From an uncultured Chloroflexia bacterium (GTDB lineage Bacteria; Chloroflexota; Anaerolineae; Anaerolineales; Anaerolineaceae): DNA of 64,000 nucleotides. The notes beneath the pieces were generated by a model. It had not been told where the DNA came from. It was given only the letters and a program-made list of their open reading frames with translations, and did not search any database. The DNA is taken from NCBI GenBank assembly GCA_963820415.1, contig CAWFZT010000004.1, forward strand, positions 261,344-325,343, written 5' to 3'. Positions 28,124 to 37,573 of the stretch are shown here, piece by piece (position 1 is the first letter of the stretch; the number at the start of each line of letters is the position of its first letter). The translations under genes and the position numbers were made by a program.

Positions 28124-29127
28124 AAAGTAACCTTGAGTGTGTCCAGGACGGTCTGGATTGGGTTGAATATGGTGGACTGGTCGGAGCCGGCAAACAGCAG
28201 CCCGACTGCCACGAGCGCATCACCGGCAACCACCAATGATCCGGAATCGCCTCCTTGTGACATGGGTGTGGTGACGATCTGGTCTTCGAAGCGGGCCGTT
28301 CGCCCTTCATCGTAATTGATACTCATGGTGGCATTCATTACTGAAACCGTTCCGGTAGTCAGACCGGTGGTACGCCCGGATTTACGTACGGACATGCCGA
28401 AGGTGACCAGCTTCACCCCGTTGACCACACCAATTTCGAGAATCTCATCCAGCACCAGGCTGTCATCCACCGGCCGGGCAGCGGCTGCGTCCACCCAGTT
28501 GGCTGCCTGGACATCCTGTTTGATCGCCTCAAGGCGATGGTTGGAGCCGAGAAGCCCGGCCAGACCATTTAAAACACTTGCCACTCCCTTGGCAATGTTA
28601 CACGTAGCCGGTTCGGTGCCAAAATTGATTGGAGCATAGCGTTCCAGGTGAGCGATGGTACATGAACTGGCGTCGCCGCCATCGATTGGCCCTTGTTGCA
28701 GGATGGCATCCCCCAATTGGGCGTTATTCACATTGGCAAGTACGTGATTATTGGATAAGATCAAGCGTTGCTTGGTGGTTTGATCACGCACGATACAGCC
28801 CAACGTCCCGGCCGTGATCTGGTAATGACCGATGCTGACGCCCGCCGGGGCGGGGCGCCATTTTTCCGTGCGTGTCTGTAAGGCGTGTGGGAACCCGATT
28901 TCAACCACATCGGTGACAACTCCATCCAGTTCACCTGGTATCAGAGCTTCTGGCGATAAAGCGGCCAGCGGTTTCTTACGCGACACCAGGGCAATTACAC
29001 ATAACTCAGTAGTTTCCTTACCAGCCGTTTTTTTATAGCCTGTGCCGACGCCAACCACGTTAGGTTTGCCCAATAGTTTGTCTTTATGTTGCTCTTTGAT
29101 TTTTAGAACGTCTTCTTCCGCGCTCAT
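28120..29127 (-). CDS. chymotrypsin-fold (S1 family) serine protease with N-terminal pro-domain-like region
   Basis: 335 aa. The putative catalytic residues are His in SNNHVLAN and Ser in QGGDSGSLV. Confidence 0.75.
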   Translation of the reverse strand: MSAEEDVLKIKEQHKDKLLGKPNVVGVGTGYKKTAGKETTELCVIALVSRKKPLAALSPEALIPGELDGVVTDVVEIGFPHALQTRTEKWRPAPAGVSIGHYQITAGTLGCIVRDQTTKQRLILSNNHVLANVNNAQLGDAILQQGPIDGGDASSCTIAHLERYAPINFGTEPATCNIAKGVASVLNGLAGLLGSNHRLEAIKQDVQAANWVDAAAARPVDDSLVLDEILEIGVVNGVKLVTFGMSVRKSGRTTGLTTGTVSVMNATMSINYDEGRTARFEDQIVTTPMSQGGDSGSLVVAGDALVAVGLLFAGSDQSTIFNPIQTVLDTLKVTL

Positions 29128-29156
29128 GCTTCCTTCTCCTTATCCCTGTCTTGAAC

Positions 29157-29246
29157 CTGTTGGGAATTGCTTTGCTGGATCACCAGATTTTTGGGCGCCT
29201 AGGCGCCCAAAAATCTGAGTTCTTCTACGGAAAATCACAAAGAACC
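29157..29246 (-). repeat. palindromic intergenic repeat, copy 2 (diverged, different centre)
   Basis: The copy reads ...GGGAATTGCTTTGCTGGATCACCAGATTTTTGGGCGCCTAGGCGCCCAAAAATCTGAGTTCTTCTACGG... Confidence 0.7.
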
Positions 29247-29289
29247 ATTAATAATAGTGTAATCTGGAAGCCTGAAAAGTCAAACAGTA

Positions 29290-30234
29290 TCAGGCAATTA
29301 AATCTAGAATTTGCTGAATAGTCTGCTGGTCGGCATGCATCATCCCCGCCGGCGGAAGGCGTTGTAGCAGCCTGGCCCAATTGGGATTGGCGGTAAACAG
29401 CTTTTTGAAGATGGGCAAGGCTTCTTCCAGCCGGCCCATATCGGCCAGGGTGACGGCATGCCAGAAGGGGATTTCTCCCATTTCCGGGGCCAGCTTGGCC
29501 GCGCCTGCATAGGCTTCGAGAGCTTTTTCGGTTTCCTCTTTGCCCAGGTATTCATCCCCCAGGTTCATCAACTGATAAGCGTGGTGGATTTGGACCAGGC
29601 GGCGCAGCTCCTGGATCGGTGCGGGGTGGTCTTCGACGCGCAGTTCCATGCGCGTATCTATCCAGGGGCGACCTGTAGAGGTCGCAGCCACGATCAGGAT
29701 AGCGGCGCTTTGCTGGCCGCGAATATCCCCTCCAGCAGCCTGTCCAGCCTCCAGGGCGGATACCAGGCGCTCAGCGAAATCTCCTTTGGCCTGGCGGTAA
29801 GCGCCTGCCATTGCCGGCCATACTTCTGGAGAAGCCATCATATTTGCCTGTACAGAATAACTCTCCCCAACCTCATGGCCGGCGTCGGCCATACAGTGCG
29901 CCCCGGTATGCGTCGCCACCCGGCCTTGTGCATCTACCATGGCTACCTGGCGCAGTTCCCTGCGCTCGTCGGTGGAGAGCAGGGTTTGCAGCGCATCCGC
30001 CGCCGGCTTGCCGGCCTTCATCAATGCCAATCCCAGGGGACCATAGCTTACTTCAGCAAGCGCCTGGGTAGCGACTGCTCCAACTCCGGCTTCTGCCCAC
30101 GTCACCGTCGGTCCGACCGAAAACCAGTGTGACTGCACCGCAACCCCCAGGCAGCCTGTCTCTGGATCACGCGCCACGATTGAAAAAGTATATGCCAGGG
30201 GAAAACGGGGAAGAACGGGTGAAAATGTCTTCAT
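29290..30234 (-). CDS. DUF1028 (Ntn-hydrolase-like) protein with C-terminal helical repeat region
   Basis: 314 aa. The N-terminus is TFSIVARDPETGCLGVAVQSHWFSVG and the C-terminal part is TPR-like. Confidence 0.75.
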   Translation of the reverse strand: MKTFSPVLPRFPLAYTFSIVARDPETGCLGVAVQSHWFSVGPTVTWAEAGVGAVATQALAEVSYGPLGLALMKAGKPAADALQTLLSTDERRELRQVAMVDAQGRVATHTGAHCMADAGHEVGESYSVQANMMASPEVWPAMAGAYRQAKGDFAERLVSALEAGQAAGGDIRGQQSAAILIVAATSTGRPWIDTRMELRVEDHPAPIQELRRLVQIHHAYQLMNLGDEYLGKEETEKALEAYAGAAKLAPEMGEIPFWHAVTLADMGRLEEALPIFKKLFTANPNWARLLQRLPPAGMMHADQQTIQQILDLIA

Positions 30235-31373
30235 TTGAGATCCTTCTGGTAGATGCGATAGCGACGATATATTTTGAAACCCAAATTCTCCTGCATAGTC
30301 GTACTTTTTTCATTTTCCTCACCGGTCAAGGACATATCCACTTCCCGGTAGCCTTTTTTCCAGATAGCCTGTCCGATTTTCAAGGTCAACAAGCCCTCGA
30401 TCCCACGGCGCTGATAATCCGGAATCAAGATTAAAATCTTGAAGGATACTCTTTTTATTTTACGGCTGTACCACCATAATTTGGCCAAGCTTGGCAGATT
30501 CAGCCGTCCATCGACATGCAGCAGGGCTTCGTTGACGTCCGGTAAGGCAATGGCGAAACCTACCGGCCTGGAACCAACTTCAGCAATCAGCGCCATCTCC
30601 GGGTCGATGATTGGTTTGAAAGAATTAGCGAAAACCATGAATTCTTCATCGGAAAGCGGGATAAAATCGGGCAGGGGTGTCAGGGCTTCGTTATACATCC
30701 GGCAGGCCAGGCGCAGCTCGTTATCCCAGTCTTTCATATTCACCTTGCGCAGGACCAGATCGGGGCGCTGGCTGACGCGCTCGCCGACCCGGCGCATTTT
30801 TTCCGGAAAGCTGTGCTCAAAATCGACTTTATCTGGCTCGATCAAGACCAGGCGTGCCACCGTGTCGTTATATTTGGAGAAGCCGGCCTTTTCGAACAAG
30901 CTGGGATAATAAGGCGGGGTATGCGCCTCGAGGATAGCCGGGCGGGTTTCGAAGCCTTCTACCAGGATGCCGACTTCATCCGTTCCGCTGGGGTTGAAAG
31001 GCCCACGCATAACTGCCATGCCTTTTTGCTGTAGAGAACTGCCGGCTGTGGTAAAAAGGCGATCGGCAACCGCCTGGTCCTGTACACATTCGAAAAATCC
31101 GAAACAGCCGACTGCCTGCTTCATCACCTGGTTCAAGCGCTGGTCGATAATCGCTGCAATGGTTCCCACGGCTTGTTTCCCTTTCCAGGCGATCCAAATA
31201 TCTCTCTCGGCAGTTCGCCAGAATGGGTTTTTCTGCAAATCTATGCGTGAATAACGGTCTTCCAGTAGCGGAGGTACCCAGTTAGGGTCTCCTTTGTAGA
31301 TTTGCCATGGAAATCTGACAAAAACATCCAGGTCAGAACGGTCTTGAACCAGGCGTACGTTGATCTCCATCAA
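30231..31373 (-). CDS. GNAT-fold-like protein, function unknown
   Basis: 380-aa ORF with a 4-nt overlap with the downstream gene. The family assignment is from general resemblance only. Confidence 0.5.
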   Translation of the reverse strand: MMEINVRLVQDRSDLDVFVRFPWQIYKGDPNWVPPLLEDRYSRIDLQKNPFWRTAERDIWIAWKGKQAVGTIAAIIDQRLNQVMKQAVGCFGFFECVQDQAVADRLFTTAGSSLQQKGMAVMRGPFNPSGTDEVGILVEGFETRPAILEAHTPPYYPSLFEKAGFSKYNDTVARLVLIEPDKVDFEHSFPEKMRRVGERVSQRPDLVLRKVNMKDWDNELRLACRMYNEALTPLPDFIPLSDEEFMVFANSFKPIIDPEMALIAEVGSRPVGFAIALPDVNEALLHVDGRLNLPSLAKLWWYSRKIKRVSFKILILIPDYQRRGIEGLLTLKIGQAIWKKGYREVDMSLTGEENEKSTTMQENLGFKIYRRYRIYQKDLK

Positions 31374-31412
31374 ACTCTCCCAAGAAACTGGATTATTTAC
31401 TGCCTGTAATGG

Positions 31413-32261
31413 TTATTGATCGTGATTTTCAGGCGATTGGCTGGTTTTACCTTTCCCTAATTCTTGAGACCGTTCATAAGCGGCCCAGACGGCGCGGGAG
31501 ATGGCCGTTCGTACGCCGGCTTTCTCGAGATAATAAATCGCCGCGGCAGAGGTTCCCCCGGGAGAAGTCACCTCGTTGCGCAGCGTGGCAGGATGGACTT
31601 TGCGACGTTGGTAATATTCTACGGAACCCAAGATGGTTTGTGTGACCAGTTGTTCAGCGATGCGGCGTGGGAAACCCAGATGCACACCGGCGTCGATCAT
31701 AGCTTCCATGAACAGGAAAACGTACGCAGGACCGGTGCCAGACAGCGCAGTGGCCATGTCCAGATAGTATTCCTCCTCCATGTAGACTTCCTGCCCTAAG
31801 GCATGTAATATCTGTTGTGCTAGTTCAACCTGGTCCGGAGAAACCATCGCGGAGGTCGTCCAGACGGTGATTCCTTCCCCGATCTGAGCCGGGGTGTTAG
31901 GCATGGCTCGTACGATTATTGTATGGTTCAACTGTTGGCTGATCTGCTCGATCGAAGCCCCGGCGACGATTGAGAGTACCAGCGCACTGGCTGGTATCTG
32001 ATTACGCAGGCTGCTAAGCACCCGATCCAACCGTTGTGGTTTAACTGCTAAGATGACCACCTCAGCATTCCGTACTGCCGCTGGATTGTCTGCAGCGGGT
32101 ATGATTCCATATTTGGCCTGTAATTCAATGCGCCGGTCCTGTAGAGGATCTGAAGCGCGAATTTGGCCTGGAACAGTCAATTTTTTATTGAGCAGGCCGG
32201 AAATGATCGCTTCGCCCATCACACCGGCGCCGATAATTGCCACCGCAGGTTGGTTTTCCAT
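31413..32261 (-). CDS. proC: pyrroline-5-carboxylate reductase
   Basis: 282 aa. It has IIGAGVMGEAI, AVKPQ, RAMPNTPA and SPGGTSAAAI motifs. Confidence 0.9.
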   Translation of the reverse strand: MENQPAVAIIGAGVMGEAIISGLLNKKLTVPGQIRASDPLQDRRIELQAKYGIIPAADNPAAVRNAEVVILAVKPQRLDRVLSSLRNQIPASALVLSIVAGASIEQISQQLNHTIIVRAMPNTPAQIGEGITVWTTSAMVSPDQVELAQQILHALGQEVYMEEEYYLDMATALSGTGPAYVFLFMEAMIDAGVHLGFPRRIAEQLVTQTILGSVEYYQRRKVHPATLRNEVTSPGGTSAAAIYYLEKAGVRTAISRAVWAAYERSQELGKGKTSQSPENHDQ

Positions 32262-32302
32262 TCATCCTCCTACAAACTTGAAAAAATTTCTGGCGTTCTT
32301 TG

Positions 32303-33217
32303 CTATGTTTCACCCGACCAGCGAGCAAAGATGGCCATGGAAAGCGCCCTCTTGAAGCTGCTTTCAACCAGGACAACTTCTCCTGCTTCTACCTGGCCTT
32401 TCCACTGGGTCATCATCTCGTTCATAGAATAATAAAGGGTCACAGCGGATGCTTTGACGGCATAGGCCGTTAAAACCACAAATTTTGCTTGAGGGCTCAT
32501 GATCCCACGGCAGGCTTCAAGTAAAGCCGGGATCAGCTTATAAAATTCCCACACTTCACCTTTTGGACCACGCCCGAATTTAGGGGGGTCGAGGATCAGT
32601 CCATCGTATTTCAGGTTACGTCGCGCTTCTCGCTGTACGAATTTCAAGGCGTCATCAACAATCCAGCAAATCGGCCGATCGAACAGCCCGGAAAGCTGCT
32701 GGTTTTCGGAAGCCCAGGTAATTACCTTTCGTGAGGCGTCCAGGTGTGTAACTGTCGCCCCGGCGCGAGCCGCCGCCAGGGAGGCCAGGCCAGTGTATCC
32801 GAACAGGTTGAGCACTTTGAGTGGTCGCCTGGAAGTTGTCACCTGTGAGCCGATCCAATCCCATTGGCAGGCTTGTTCGGGGAAGACTCCCAGGTGGCGT
32901 GAAGCAGTTGTTCTCACCCAAAATTTCAGGCCCTGGTACTCCATGCTCCATCGCTCGGGCAATCGTTTCAGATAATCCCAGTGACCCCCGTTTTCTTCAG
33001 CCGAGGTTTGAAAAACTGCGTGCGCTGCGCCCCATTCCTTTTCTGGTAAGCCTGGTTGCCAGATTGCTTCTGGCTCCGGCCTGATTAAGATAAACGAGCC
33101 ATAACGCTCTAATTTACTTCCATTGCCGCTGTCCAGCAACTCATAATCTTTCCAGCCGGGCGAAGAAAACAGGGACAAATGAGGGAGCGGTTGAGAATTA
33201 GCGAGCATCGCATCCAT
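32303..33217 (-). CDS. class I SAM-dependent (rRNA-type) methyltransferase
   Basis: ORF 32303-33313. The first ~30 codons run through a palindromic-repeat fragment, so the start is more likely the ATG at 33217 or 33208. It has VLNLFGYTGLASLAAA and LILDPPKFG motifs. Confidence 0.7.
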   Translation of the reverse strand: MDAMLANSQPLPHLSLFSSPGWKDYELLDSGNGSKLERYGSFILIRPEPEAIWQPGLPEKEWGAAHAVFQTSAEENGGHWDYLKRLPERWSMEYQGLKFWVRTTASRHLGVFPEQACQWDWIGSQVTTSRRPLKVLNLFGYTGLASLAAARAGATVTHLDASRKVITWASENQQLSGLFDRPICWIVDDALKFVQREARRNLKYDGLILDPPKFGRGPKGEVWEFYKLIPALLEACRGIMSPQAKFVVLTAYAVKASAVTLYYSMNEMMTQWKGQVEAGEVVLVESSFKRALSMAIFARWSGET

Positions 33218-33264
33218 TCGTACGATAAAGATTGTAAAAGTATACCAGTTTTTCAAAATGAGTT

Positions 33265-33330
33265 GGCTGGGAACCGGATAAATTATCACACCCCAAAACT
33301 GGGGACCTTCCACGGTAAATCCCGATGAGC
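33265..33330 (-). repeat. palindromic repeat, partial copy 3 (one hairpin arm missing)
   Basis: The copy reads ...CACACCCCAAAACTGGGGACCTTCCACGGTAAATCCCGATGAGC. Confidence 0.7.
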
Positions 33331-33416
33331 TTTATAATTGGTAGGCCAAATAAAGTTGACATCCTTCAGTAATATTAGTAAACTATGGATAGTTGCGCAC
33401 CACAAAGGAGGAAATT

Positions 33417-34079
33417 ATGATGTCAAGTTTTCGTTTAGTTTTACGAGCCGGACCGACTCCGGGAAAAGTCTTTCCTCTCGAAAAAGATGAAATGTTCATT
33501 GGCCGTGAGGCAAATAATGATATCGTGATTAATGATCCTGAAGTCTCGCGCAAACATGCTCGTTTGTACGTTCAGGGCGGGAATATGATCCTGGAGGATC
33601 TGGGCTCAACCAATGGAACATCGGTCAACGGGCAGCGGTTAACCGGACCTTACGTATTACGGGCCGGCGAGATCATCACCTTCGGAGAAAAAATCACCTT
33701 GCTGTTTAAATCGTTGGCAGCCGATGCCAACGCGACGATGGCTTCTTCTCGTATCCCTTCAGAGCCCCAATTTACCGCCCAACCGCCCCTCCCGCCAGCC
33801 TTCCAGGCTCCACCAGCCCAACCTCCGGTTTACGCGCCTCCGCCTCCCCCACGCTATCAGGCGCCGCCGCCTCCGCCGGCATTTTCGGGGCAGGTCCCTG
33901 TCAACCCGCATCAAGTTAAACCGCCCGCTAAGAAAAGCAACACGGTGTGGATTATCGTGGCCGTGGTGGTCCTGTTGTTCCTTATCTGTGCCTGCGCTGG
34001 AATTATCTATTACATCGACGCTAACCAATTATGGTGCAGCCTGCCAGTGCCAAGATCCATTTTCCAGGGCTGTCCATAG
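33417..34079 (+). CDS. FHA-domain protein with Pro-rich linker and C-terminal TM anchor
   Basis: The ATG at 33417 follows AAAGGAGG. It has an FHA signature (IGREANNDIVINDPEVSRKHARL...GSTNGTSVNG), the linker PPPPPRYQAPPPPP and the TM segment WIIVAVVVLLFLICACAGIIYYI. Confidence 0.8.
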   Translation: MMSSFRLVLRAGPTPGKVFPLEKDEMFIGREANNDIVINDPEVSRKHARLYVQGGNMILEDLGSTNGTSVNGQRLTGPYVLRAGEIITFGEKITLLFKSLAADANATMASSRIPSEPQFTAQPPLPPAFQAPPAQPPVYAPPPPPRYQAPPPPPAFSGQVPVNPHQVKPPAKKSNTVWIIVAVVVLLFLICACAGIIYYIDANQLWCSLPVPRSIFQGCP

Positions 34080-35642
34080 GCTTACAGCATTCGTAAATTT
34101 GCTTATCCGGACTGGTACCGGCCGGATATTTTCTACAGCGACCTTGCCTGGGTGTGCTGCCATGACAAGGTCGCTGGTGTTCAGTAAGAGAGTGACCGTG
34201 TTTTTGAGCGGGCAGCCTGGTTTTGGCAATCTTAGCAGGCGCTGTTGAATAGTGAATAAATTGCCTTCTATGGAATTATATTGCCCTGCCCTTAGCGACT
34301 GGCTGGTAACCGCCAGAAGGTTCTCGATCTCCTGGTTGATCTGGCTGTCTGGATGACGCAGGTAGTCGCTAACGATTTGCCTGTCGCGAGCGTCCTTTCC
34401 GCTAGGGGTCCAGAGCTGGCGATAGTAAGCCGATGGGTCAAGTTCCTGTTGATAAAGGCGCAGTGTATCATAAAGCTCAATGGTATAACGAACATCTTTC
34501 ACCAGGTCAGGGTTTACCGGCAGGCTTTCGAGCATAACAGTATAGCGGTCTTCAAGCTGTTTGAAGTTGATGGAAAAATGGCGCTGGAGGGCGTCATCAA
34601 TCGCCTTGGAATCTCCTCCATTCGACGGTTGAATATCCCGGTAAAAGCTGGAAAAAGCATGCCATCCCCAGGTATCGACCATGTAGGCAATGACCGTTGA
34701 GGCTTCCAGGTAACCAATTTCGTGCTGTGAAGGATAAAAATTATCTGCCAGGTAGCTCAAGGGGATATACCATCCTAACTGGTACAGGGCGGCTGCCCGG
34801 CCAACCAGCGGCTCTTTTTTATAATGACCTCCGGTAGCAAATACTGCCAGGCCTTCGACAAAAAAGATCGGGCGGTATTTCCCTCCCAGGACGGCATCCA
34901 GCCAGTGGATCATTTCGTGTTCTAATATCTGTGAAAAATCTGCGTCAGTAAACGGATGGTCGGGATATGAGACAAAAATCTCATCCGTGGTAAACCCGCC
35001 ATGCCCCAGATTGCGTGGAATAAGGTTGATAACGATTTTTTGGATTGGCAGGGTGGTGTGCAGCGCCTCGGCAGCCTGCTCGGCCCGCTCCTGGATGGTG
35101 GGTAAGAGTTGGGCAAGATCCCGTTCAGCCGCGGTGTGGGAGATATAGTTGATCTCGCAGCAGTCTGTCTGAACCGTTTTCCACTGGTATGAATTTGAAT
35201 CGGCCAAAGGGTCGTGTAGGGTCACCGTCTGTGTCCAGACGATACCTGCCGGCAGGATCGAAAAAGTCAGTGGGTAATTTCCCGGCTGCAGCCCTTTGGT
35301 ATCCCAGGCCCATTGCAAAGCTGAATGAAAACTTCCATCTCCGGCTTTTCCAAAACCTGCTGTCCCGATTTCCTGCATTTTTACCGCCACAACCAGTTTT
35401 TGTTTAGTGAAGTCGATCCCCTGGCGGGTAGCCGATACCTCGAAGCTGACCAGGTCTCCCTCGCGCAACTCATCGTCCGGATGAAGGCGGACTGTAAAAC
35501 CGGTTGGAATGCTGCAGGCATCTTGCTCGATGGCCGTGACTGCTGGAAAACCGCTCCAATTTTGCAAGAGAAAGACCAGGCACAACAGCCAGTTCAGGAT
35601 GCGCATGTTTCGATTATAGCCTGTGTAGGAATTCTTTTTCAA
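34029..35642 (-). CDS. secreted protein with HExxH zinc-metallopeptidase motif
   Basis: 537 aa with an N-terminal signal/TM segment and the motif ILEHEMIHW. The start could alternatively be the ATG at 35606. Confidence 0.6.
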   Translation of the reverse strand: MKKNSYTGYNRNMRILNWLLCLVFLLQNWSGFPAVTAIEQDACSIPTGFTVRLHPDDELREGDLVSFEVSATRQGIDFTKQKLVVAVKMQEIGTAGFGKAGDGSFHSALQWAWDTKGLQPGNYPLTFSILPAGIVWTQTVTLHDPLADSNSYQWKTVQTDCCEINYISHTAAERDLAQLLPTIQERAEQAAEALHTTLPIQKIVINLIPRNLGHGGFTTDEIFVSYPDHPFTDADFSQILEHEMIHWLDAVLGGKYRPIFFVEGLAVFATGGHYKKEPLVGRAAALYQLGWYIPLSYLADNFYPSQHEIGYLEASTVIAYMVDTWGWHAFSSFYRDIQPSNGGDSKAIDDALQRHFSINFKQLEDRYTVMLESLPVNPDLVKDVRYTIELYDTLRLYQQELDPSAYYRQLWTPSGKDARDRQIVSDYLRHPDSQINQEIENLLAVTSQSLRAGQYNSIEGNLFTIQQRLLRLPKPGCPLKNTVTLLLNTSDLVMAAHPGKVAVENIRPVPVRISKFTNAVSLWTALENGSWHWQAAP

Positions 35643-35725
35643 CTATGTGGTCAGAGTTCCCAAATAACGAATTGGACTCCTAACCGGTTGTATATTTCTC
35701 AGCTTAAGGCTAGAATAAATAGGGT

Positions 35726-35779
35726 CCCTTGGGAATCCCCGTGGTGAACTCGACCTTCCACGGCAAATCCCAATGAACC
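35726..35779 (-). repeat. palindromic repeat, copy 4, lacking the central hairpin
   Basis: CCCTTGGGAATCCCCGTGGTGAACTC|GACCTTCCACGGCAAATCCCAATGAACC. The two outer arms are joined directly. Confidence 0.7.
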
Positions 35780-35950
35780 GTAAATAGAATTATTGTGAGG
35801 AATTTCGGTAAGAAAGGTCTATCGCCCGAATCCTGGAATTGGAAATAGTACAGCAGGTCAGGCAAGGAATTATTATGGCTGAGCAGTTACCTACAAATTC
35901 TTCGCCGCGTTGGAGTAGTACTACCAAACTGGTGGTCGCGCTCGACTCTT

Positions 35951-37090
35951 GTGGGAGTGTTATCGTTTTTGGTTATCAGTTTTCGCTCAATCCTCGGCCC
36001 ACTTCTTTTAGGTTTCATCTTTTCCTATCTGTTATACCCGGTGCTGGATTGGCTCAGGCGCAAACTCAAGCTGCCCTGGCGTATCGCGGTCGCCCTCTTT
36101 TTTCTGGTTGTTTTGATCATTGTTCTGGGGTTGCTGACCTGGGGTGGGATTGCCCTGGTGGAGCAGATCCAGATTCTGGTGCAGTTCGTCCAGGTGACCA
36201 TCGCTAGCATACCAACCTACATAAACAGTTTATCCAATATTGTTTATCAAATCGGACCGTTTACACTTGATTTCAGCCATCTTGACTTAGTCGCGGCCAG
36301 CAACCAGGTTTTGAGCTTTGTCCAGCCCCTCCTTTCTCAGCTTGGGACGATCTTAGGAAGTGTGGCGGCAAAAGCCGCCAGCCTGGTGGGTTGGTCATTG
36401 TTTGTACTTTTGGTTTCGTTTTTCATTCTATCTGAGACTGAGGGAAAACCGGAGCGCCTGATCGATATTCATATCCCGGGCTACGGGGAAGATTTCAGCA
36501 GGTTGGGCCGTGAATTGGGTCGGATTTGGAATGCTTTTCTACGTGGCCAGCTCACCGTCATTGCCATGTGGATCTGTGTCGATTCTTTTTTATTTGGAGT
36601 TCTGGGAGTTCATTACTTCTTCGGCCTGGCAATCCTGGCCGGTATGGCGCGCTTTTTCCCTTATATCGGGCCAGGGATTGCATATACCACCATAGGTCTT
36701 GTGGCGTATTTCCAGGGGACGACCCTCTTTGGCCTTTCACCTCTCATATACGTCGTGGTGATCATCGGAGTTTCCTTAATTTTCGATAACACTATGGACA
36801 GTCTGATTACCACCCGCCTGATGTCGGATGCGTTGAAGGTCCACCCGGCAGCCGTGTTGGTCGCTGCGCTGGTTGCAGCCAACTTATTGGGAATTATCGG
36901 TATTATGCTGGCTGCGCCTGTGCTGGCTTCCCTCAAGTTGTTCTTGAACTATACCATATACAAAATGATCGACCAGGATCCCTGGCTGCAGATCAATACG
37001 GACAATCTTCCTGTCCACCCCGTGCCTCTGGTCATGATTCGCCTGCGGCTGTACTGGAATCGTTTCAAAGGAGCAATGCAAAAAAAGTGA
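35951..37090 (+). CDS. AI-2E family (PerM/UPF0118) transporter
   Basis: 379 aa starting from the GTG at 35951. A plausible N-terminal extension (MAEQLPTNSSPRWSSTTKLVVAL from the ATG at 35875) sits in another frame, so an indel near 35945 is possible. Confidence 0.75.
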   Translation: MGVLSFLVISFRSILGPLLLGFIFSYLLYPVLDWLRRKLKLPWRIAVALFFLVVLIIVLGLLTWGGIALVEQIQILVQFVQVTIASIPTYINSLSNIVYQIGPFTLDFSHLDLVAASNQVLSFVQPLLSQLGTILGSVAAKAASLVGWSLFVLLVSFFILSETEGKPERLIDIHIPGYGEDFSRLGRELGRIWNAFLRGQLTVIAMWICVDSFLFGVLGVHYFFGLAILAGMARFFPYIGPGIAYTTIGLVAYFQGTTLFGLSPLIYVVVIIGVSLIFDNTMDSLITTRLMSDALKVHPAAVLVAALVAANLLGIIGIMLAAPVLASLKLFLNYTIYKMIDQDPWLQINTDNLPVHPVPLVMIRLRLYWNRFKGAMQKK

Positions 37091-37109
37091 TTGTGGCCAT
37101 TAATATTGT

Positions 37110-37139
37110 GAGTTCTTCCACGGGGAATCCCAAAGGGTC
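37110..37139 (+). repeat. palindromic repeat, short fragment (copy 5)
   Basis: GAGTTCTTCCACGGGGAATCCCAAAGGGTC resembles one outer arm. Confidence 0.4.
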
Positions 37140-37212
37140 TTTTTTCTAGCAGGAGAAATCAACCTGTGGGATAATTGAATTAGAAATTATCTATCAGAAA
37201 AGGAGATGAAGA

Positions 37213-37413
37213 ATGGCGAATCCCCAAGAACCTAAAACCGATACCCTGTCTGAGACTGAAAATTACCTGGCCTGGCAAGCTGAAGAGCCCGACGGTGAGA
37301 CTACTTATCACCTGGAATTGAATAACGTTACCTTGCACTTTTTCACCGAAGAATGGCAGGAATTCCTGGACCTGGTTAAGGCTCTTACCAAATCTGCGGA
37401 AACCCACAAGTAG
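37213..37413 (+). CDS. small acidic protein, unknown function
   Basis: 66-aa ORF with AAGGAG 8 nt upstream. A strong terminator hairpin follows it. Confidence 0.55.
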   Translation: MANPQEPKTDTLSETENYLAWQAEEPDGETTYHLELNNVTLHFFTEEWQEFLDLVKALTKSAETHK

Positions 37414-37475
37414 TCCGATCCCACATTCACTCCTTTTTCTACCAGGGCTGAAAAGTAACCTCAAAGTAGTATTCA

Positions 37476-37510
37476 GGCCTTGCGAAAACAGACGTTTTCG
37501 CAAGGCTTTC
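37476..37510 (+). terminator. intrinsic terminator-like hairpin
   Basis: A perfect 13-bp stem GCCTTGCGAAAAC/GTTTTCGCAAGGC with loop AGAC, followed by TTTCC. Confidence 0.55.
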
Positions 37511-37573
37511 CTTGTATAATTATAGATAATTATACGCACACTTGTCATCCAGGCTGGCGGTAAATCGCGGCGA

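Noticed and set aside
33724-34248. 174-aa plus-strand ORF overlapping the FHA gene in another frame
   Set aside because: It is an alternative-frame reading of the Pro-rich (CCN-rich) linker region and of the convergent gene. No independent support.
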